Below are positions 59,319 through 64,000 of a stretch of 64,000 nucleotides of DNA, in pieces. The stretch lies in assembly GCA_029552945.1 (NCBI GenBank), contig JAKPDD010000046.1:139612-203611 (forward strand), read 5' to 3'. The stretch is from Spirochaetota bacterium. Its GTDB lineage: Bacteria; Spirochaetota; GWB1-36-13; JAKPDD01. The position numbers and the translations under genes are program-made. How positions within the stretch are numbered: position 1 is the stretch's first letter; the number at the start of each line of letters is the position of its first letter. Under the pieces are notes generated by a model. It made no database searches. It was given only the letters and a program-made list of their open reading frames with translations, and was not told the DNA's origin.

Positions 59319-60335
59319 TTAAATATTTTTTAAAATCTTAATTTTAAGATGTTTTTCTGATGCTATTGTTACATAAAAAATATCTTTATTGATTATTATT
59401 TTCAATATTTTCTCATTTTTTCCAATTTCATCTAACTTTATCTCTTTTTTAATCTTCTTATTGTCTATATCCTCAAATACTATTCTATCATTATCAATTT
59501 TTACTCCAATTATTTTATTTTCAATCTCAAATATGTTTTCAAAATCAACTTTTTCTATTTTATAATCATTATTTTTCTTTATTATAATATTCTTTTCAAA
59601 ATTATTTCCATAATATCCTAAAGGCCTTAAATAATTTAGTATATAGTATTTTTTATTTTTAATTATAAGTTTAGAAGGATATATTCTTTTATTTTCAAAT
59701 AAAGTGCTTTTTTCATCTATCAGTTTTATATTATTATCAAGTTCTAATATTTTAAGGTTGTCCCCATTTTCACTAAAGCTTTTACCAATAATAACTATTT
59801 TACTATCATCAAAATTAAAGTCTGTAATCTGTATTTTATTATTTATTTCATGTATTTTAATATTGAATATATTTTCATCAGTTTCGAGTATCTGACTTTT
59901 TTTATTACTATATATTACACACATTATTTTTTCATGATTTAAGCATTTTATTATATCAGTTTCTCTTGAACCAGTAATTTTATAAAATTTTATTTTTTCC
60001 AGTTCCAGCTTATTGTTAAAAATAGCTAAAAACCCTTCTGATTTTTCATAACCTGTTAAGTTTTTTCCATATACTAAAAAATTATTATTATTGAGTTCTA
60101 TCAATCCATTAGGGTAAAGATTATTATAATTTTTTATTATCTTATTTAAACCTTGGCCATAAAAACCTATGTGGTTGGTTAAACCTGTATGTACTGAAGA
60201 AAATATCATGTTGTATTGATTGTTTATGTTTATTACTGATATTGGGTTTATTATTAAATTATCTGTTTCTATAATAAAATCTGAATATGAAAAAGAATTT
60301 AAAAGAGAGATTAAAGATATTAGAAATTTTTTCAT
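59319..60335 (-). CDS. Secreted hypothetical protein
   Basis: 338 aa; N-terminal signal peptide; Asn/Ile/Lys-rich; no recognised domain. Confidence 0.3.
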   Translation of the reverse strand: MKKFLISLISLLNSFSYSDFIIETDNLIINPISVININNQYNMIFSSVHTGLTNHIGFYGQGLNKIIKNYNNLYPNGLIELNNNNFLVYGKNLTGYEKSEGFLAIFNNKLELEKIKFYKITGSRETDIIKCLNHEKIMCVIYSNKKSQILETDENIFNIKIHEINNKIQITDFNFDDSKIVIIGKSFSENGDNLKILELDNNIKLIDEKSTLFENKRIYPSKLIIKNKKYYILNYLRPLGYYGNNFEKNIIIKKNNDYKIEKVDFENIFEIENKIIGVKIDNDRIVFEDIDNKKIKKEIKLDEIGKNEKILKIIINKDIFYVTIASEKHLKIKILKNI

Positions 60336-60425
60336 TTGATTACCTATGTAAATTATAGTTTAAAATATTAACATACAAATTCCGAAATTCAAAATAAAAT
60401 TTTTTTAAGTTCTATAAGGCAAATT

Positions 60426-61127
60426 ATGAAAATTTTAAAGTTTATACTTTTTATTATTATATTAATGTTTTCTATTTTAAGTCTTTTTCCTGTTATAAAT
60501 CTAAAATTTGTTGTTTTCCACGTTATGTTAATTTTTATCCTATTGTTTCCTTACTATTTTTGGATTCATTCAATTAAAAATGCTATTATTACAGTTTTAA
60601 TAGTTTATATATTTTCAATAGGTTTATTTATATTAACTTCAATCTCAAATCCGGCAAAAACAAAAGAAATAAAAACAACAGCTGAAATATCTCTAACTCC
60701 AAAGATGACAAGAATAGAGTTTAATTTTGATAAGAATATTCTTGTTTATGACTTTACTGATCAAAATTTAAAAAAGGTAAATGATACTTCAGAAAATTAT
60801 AATAAAGATAAGTGGAATATTTTTAAATATTACTATGATAAAGTAAATCTTTTTTATAAAGATATAGATTATACAAAGTTAAAAAATAATAAATTAACTT
60901 TTTTTAAATATATTTTGTGGATACTTTACCTTTTATTATTTGCTTTTGCATTTTCATATAGACCGTCAATTGTAGTAAGCTATTCTATAATATTTTTTAC
61001 ACTTCCTTATATATGGTATGTAGGTTATACTGTTTTTTTAGGTGACTTTAGTCTCTTAAATAATATACTAAAGGGTATTATTTTAGTATTTTTATTAACT
61101 ATAGGACTTGTAAGGGCTAAAATGTGA
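60426..61127 (+). CDS. Hypothetical membrane protein
   Basis: 233 aa; TM helices at both ends with a central soluble segment. Confidence 0.3.
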   Translation: MKILKFILFIIILMFSILSLFPVINLKFVVFHVMLIFILLFPYYFWIHSIKNAIITVLIVYIFSIGLFILTSISNPAKTKEIKTTAEISLTPKMTRIEFNFDKNILVYDFTDQNLKKVNDTSENYNKDKWNIFKYYYDKVNLFYKDIDYTKLKNNKLTFFKYILWILYLLLFAFAFSYRPSIVVSYSIIFFTLPYIWYVGYTVFLGDFSLLNNILKGIILVFLLTIGLVRAKM

Positions 61128-62497
61128 AAAAAAGTTTTTTTAAGTTAATTATTGCATTACTTTTGCAGACTGCTGTTTTTTTTATTTTTTATAAAATTTT
61201 AAAAATAAATTTTATAACATCTTTCATAATATCTTTTAATTTTATTATGTTATCATCAATATTAGTTTTTGGCAGAAGTCTGACAAAAAACATATATATT
61301 TTTCCGTTAGTTTTGTCAAATCTACTATTTATAATTATTTTCTTTTCTGTTGGTAATACAGCTAAACTTAATAATATTGTAAATGATAATTCTGTTATTT
61401 CCAGTGTTGAGGCTATAAAAGATAAGTTTGTTGTATCTTACTCTAGGGAAGAGAGTATACTGATAAGAGATACTTTTTATCTTATAACAGTTTTTGAATA
61501 TGATTTAGCCTATGAAACAATAAAAAAGGTTAAGAGAAATAGTTTTACAGATGAGATAGAAACTTATATTTTAAAGAGTAAACAACAGTTTAATAATGAT
61601 TTTAATAAACTTAGCAAATATTATATAAACTTTGATAAGATAAAGGAGATGTATTATAAGAGAGAGTACCAGTATGTTCTTGATAGGCTTAAACCAGATA
61701 TTGCTAATGTTGATGTTGAAAATGTTTATACTATTGTAAGAACTAAAATTATGGCAATTCAGAATAGAGATTTCTTAAAAAAACAGATGTTAAAAACTAT
61801 AAATGAGTTTTTAAAAGATTCAAAAAATAAAAGTATTACATTTTCTCACCTTTTCTCTGCATTACCTGGTTTATACAAGGTTTATAAAGAAAACTTCATA
61901 GAATATGAGAATAATACAGTAACTTACAGGGATTTTGAGGGTATAAATGATAGTACTGTATGTAATGGGATGTTCACTATTGTAAATCATGAAGGTAAAA
62001 ATACACTTATATATGTAGAAAAACTTATTGAACCTAAAAATCTTTATCCTTTATGGGGTTATAACACATATATTATTAAAGAAAATAATGTTTTAAAACT
62101 TGGCATTGTAAAAATAACAACTAATAGTATAATATATTTTGATAATCTCAATATTAATATTATAAATATACCAAATATATACAATAAGATAAAGAATACA
62201 CCTGATATAATAAAAAGTCCTTTTAATCCATTATGGCTTTTTACATACAAAAAAGAGTATTATGAAGTATATAATACTATGATAAAACAGTTCTGGATTA
62301 TGTTTTTAAAGTTTATTCTTTCAATAATATTTTCAACAATAATAATTATGATTACAATAGACTATTTTAAAACAATTTTTCCTACTATTATGCCATACTT
62401 TTTTTATATACTTCCTTTTATTTTTCTCTTGTTTTTATCATTTCTTTATAGCAGTCTTTCAATAAGATTTGTCAATTTTATTTTTAAAATATTTTAA
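61124..62497 (+). CDS. Hypothetical membrane protein
   Basis: 457 aa; GTG start overlapping the upstream stop (ATGTGA); N- and C-terminal TM helices flank a soluble region of about 300 aa. Confidence 0.3.
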   Translation: MKKSFFKLIIALLLQTAVFFIFYKILKINFITSFIISFNFIMLSSILVFGRSLTKNIYIFPLVLSNLLFIIIFFSVGNTAKLNNIVNDNSVISSVEAIKDKFVVSYSREESILIRDTFYLITVFEYDLAYETIKKVKRNSFTDEIETYILKSKQQFNNDFNKLSKYYINFDKIKEMYYKREYQYVLDRLKPDIANVDVENVYTIVRTKIMAIQNRDFLKKQMLKTINEFLKDSKNKSITFSHLFSALPGLYKVYKENFIEYENNTVTYRDFEGINDSTVCNGMFTIVNHEGKNTLIYVEKLIEPKNLYPLWGYNTYIIKENNVLKLGIVKITTNSIIYFDNLNINIINIPNIYNKIKNTPDIIKSPFNPLWLFTYKKEYYEVYNTMIKQFWIMFLKFILSIIFSTIIIMITIDYFKTIFPTIMPYFFYILPFIFLLFLSFLYSSLSIRFVNFIFKIF

Positions 62498-62544
62498 ATG
62501 ATTTTTATAAATTTTAATGATTATGAAGTTGTAAAGAGGTAATT

Positions 62545-63813
62545 ATGATTGATCCTAAAATAATTGAAAATAATATTTATGTTCTAGAAGAATCTTTAAA
62601 AAAGAGAAATATTGATATATCAATAATTGAATCTATAAAAAAAGTATCAAAAGATAGAAGGGAGATTATAAAAAATAGAGAGACTTTACTTTCCAAAAAA
62701 AACAGTTTATCAAAAGAGTTTGGAGAAAGAAAAAGAAAAGGAATAGATATAAGTGATATTGAAAAAGAAATAATTATTTTAAATAATGAACTAGAAAAAA
62801 TGGATGAATTAGCAAAAAATATAGAGTTAGAATATGAAAGTATTATGCTTAATATACCGAACATATTATCAGAGGATGTTCCTTATGGAAGATCTGAAGA
62901 GGATAATGTTGAGGTAAAAAAGTGGGGACAACCCCGCTCTTTTGATTTTAATCCATTACCGCACTGGGAAATTGGTAAAAATCTGGGGATACTAGATATA
63001 GAAGTAGGCACAAAACTTACAGGGAGCAGGTTTTATGTATTAATGGGAGATGGGGCATTACTGGAAAGAGCATTAATAAACTTTTTTCTTGACTTTTATT
63101 CTGAAAGGGGATATAAAGAGGTATGGCCACCTTATATTGTAAATTCTAATACTATGACTGGTACAGGCCAGTTACCAAAGTTTAAAGATGAGCTATTCAA
63201 AATTGAGGGGCTTGATTATTACCTTATACCTACTGCAGAGGTCCCAGTTACAAACATACATTCTGATCAGATTCTATCTATAGATGAACTTCCTAAATAC
63301 TACTGTAGTTTTACTGCCTGTTTCAGAAAAGAAGCAGGTTCTTATGGAAAAGATACAAGAGGGATAATGAGAGTACACCAGTTTTCAAAAGTAGAACTTG
63401 TAAAGATTGTGGAACCGTCAGTTTCTGAAGAGGAGCATCAAAAACTGTTAAATGATGTTGAGGATGCTCTAAAAAAACTTGGACTTCCTTATAGAGTTAT
63501 TCTTCTATGTGGCGGAGATACTGGATTTTCTGCAAGTAAATGTTATGATGTTGAGGTCTGGATACCTTCTGAAAATAGATACAGAGAAATATCTTCAGTA
63601 AGTAATTTTAGAGACTTTCAAGCAAGGAGAGCAAAGATAAGATATAAAAAAGATGGCAAAAACTATCTGGTGCATACTTTAAATGGATCTGGCCTTGCTA
63701 TTGGTAGAACAATGATTGCAATAATGGAGAATTACCAGAATAAAGATGGAAGTATAACTATACCTGATGCTCTTGTGCCTTATATGAAAGGTAAAAAAAC
63801 AATAGGAGGATAA
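62545..63813 (+). CDS. serS: Seryl-tRNA synthetase
   Basis: 422 aa; N-terminal coiled-coil arm and class II aaRS core (FRKEAGSYGKDTRGIMRVHQF, GSGLAIGRTMIAIMENYQ). Confidence 0.95.
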   Translation: MIDPKIIENNIYVLEESLKKRNIDISIIESIKKVSKDRREIIKNRETLLSKKNSLSKEFGERKRKGIDISDIEKEIIILNNELEKMDELAKNIELEYESIMLNIPNILSEDVPYGRSEEDNVEVKKWGQPRSFDFNPLPHWEIGKNLGILDIEVGTKLTGSRFYVLMGDGALLERALINFFLDFYSERGYKEVWPPYIVNSNTMTGTGQLPKFKDELFKIEGLDYYLIPTAEVPVTNIHSDQILSIDELPKYYCSFTACFRKEAGSYGKDTRGIMRVHQFSKVELVKIVEPSVSEEEHQKLLNDVEDALKKLGLPYRVILLCGGDTGFSASKCYDVEVWIPSENRYREISSVSNFRDFQARRAKIRYKKDGKNYLVHTLNGSGLAIGRTMIAIMENYQNKDGSITIPDALVPYMKGKKTIGG

Positions 63814-63815
63814 TA

Positions 63816-64000
63816 ATGGTATTAAAGAGGGTTATTTTATTAGTTTTTATCCCTTTTTTTATTTATTCTATGAGTGTGGAGGACCTTGATTCTCTTATAA
63901 ATGAAGGTAGATATCAGGAAGCAAAAGAAAAGTTTGAGGCCTCAGATCTTTCTAGAAAAGAATTGAAGGTTATTGAAAGGGCTTTAAAAATATACTCTAA
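63816..64000 (+). CDS. Hypothetical protein, 5' fragment truncated by the window end
   Basis: ATG at 63816 followed by a hydrophobic signal-like segment MVLKRVILLVFIPFF; open to the window end. Confidence 0.25.
   Translation, partial: MVLKRVILLVFIPFFIYSMSVEDLDSLINEGRYQEAKEKFEASDLSRKELKVIERALKIYS

Noticed and set aside
59333-59348. Hairpin ATCTTAA-TT-TTAAGAT as a terminator after lptB
   Set aside because: It lies inside the C-terminal coding region of the convergent minus-strand gene (stop at 59319-59321) and is entirely A/T, so it is unlikely to be a functional terminator
62498-62544. T-box leader upstream of serS
   Set aside because: The intergenic region is only 47 nt, too short for a T-box riboswitch
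1-64000. CRISPR array or other tandem repeat array
   Set aside because: No regularly spaced direct repeats were found on reading the intergenic regions; the longest intergenic stretches are AT-rich without periodic structure

Overview
Very AT-rich (roughly 27-30% G+C by eye), gene-dense bacterial chromosomal segment with about 60 protein genes and 4 tRNAs. No rRNA, CRISPR array, transposase or integrase was seen. Gene content points to a flagellated, diderm, anaerobic and probably thermophilic bacterium: an LptC/LptA/LptB cluster and outer-membrane beta-barrel proteins, fliE-fliF-fliG, reverse gyrase, a Bcd-EtfBA cluster and the [FeFe]-hydrogenase maturase HydE. Other recognisable genes are pabB, glmS, ispG, dxs, ruvC, yebC, rsmD, serS, rtcB and apbE. 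Regulation is dominated by sigma-54: four GAFTGA-containing enhancer-binding proteins lie in the window. One of them sits directly upstream of a symporter/CoA-transferase operon that is preceded by tandem TGTCTA-N5-TAGACA palindromes and a degenerate -24/-12 element. The most unusual loci are (i) a 1170-aa protein with a 13-TM transporter-like domain, a GAF-like region, a PP2C/SpoIIE phosphatase and TPR repeats, next to a zinc-finger anti-sigma-like membrane protein and a soluble chemoreceptor-like gene with no canonical start; (ii) an LptB carrying an ~85-aa N-terminal coiled-coil extension; (iii) a lipoprotein where fliH is expected; (iv) a PilZ / phospholipase-D-like / glmS operon. All calls are from reading the translations and DNA by eye; no database searches were run. 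The ORF track accepts TTG/GTG starts, so several starts were moved to a nearby ATG with a ribosome-binding site.
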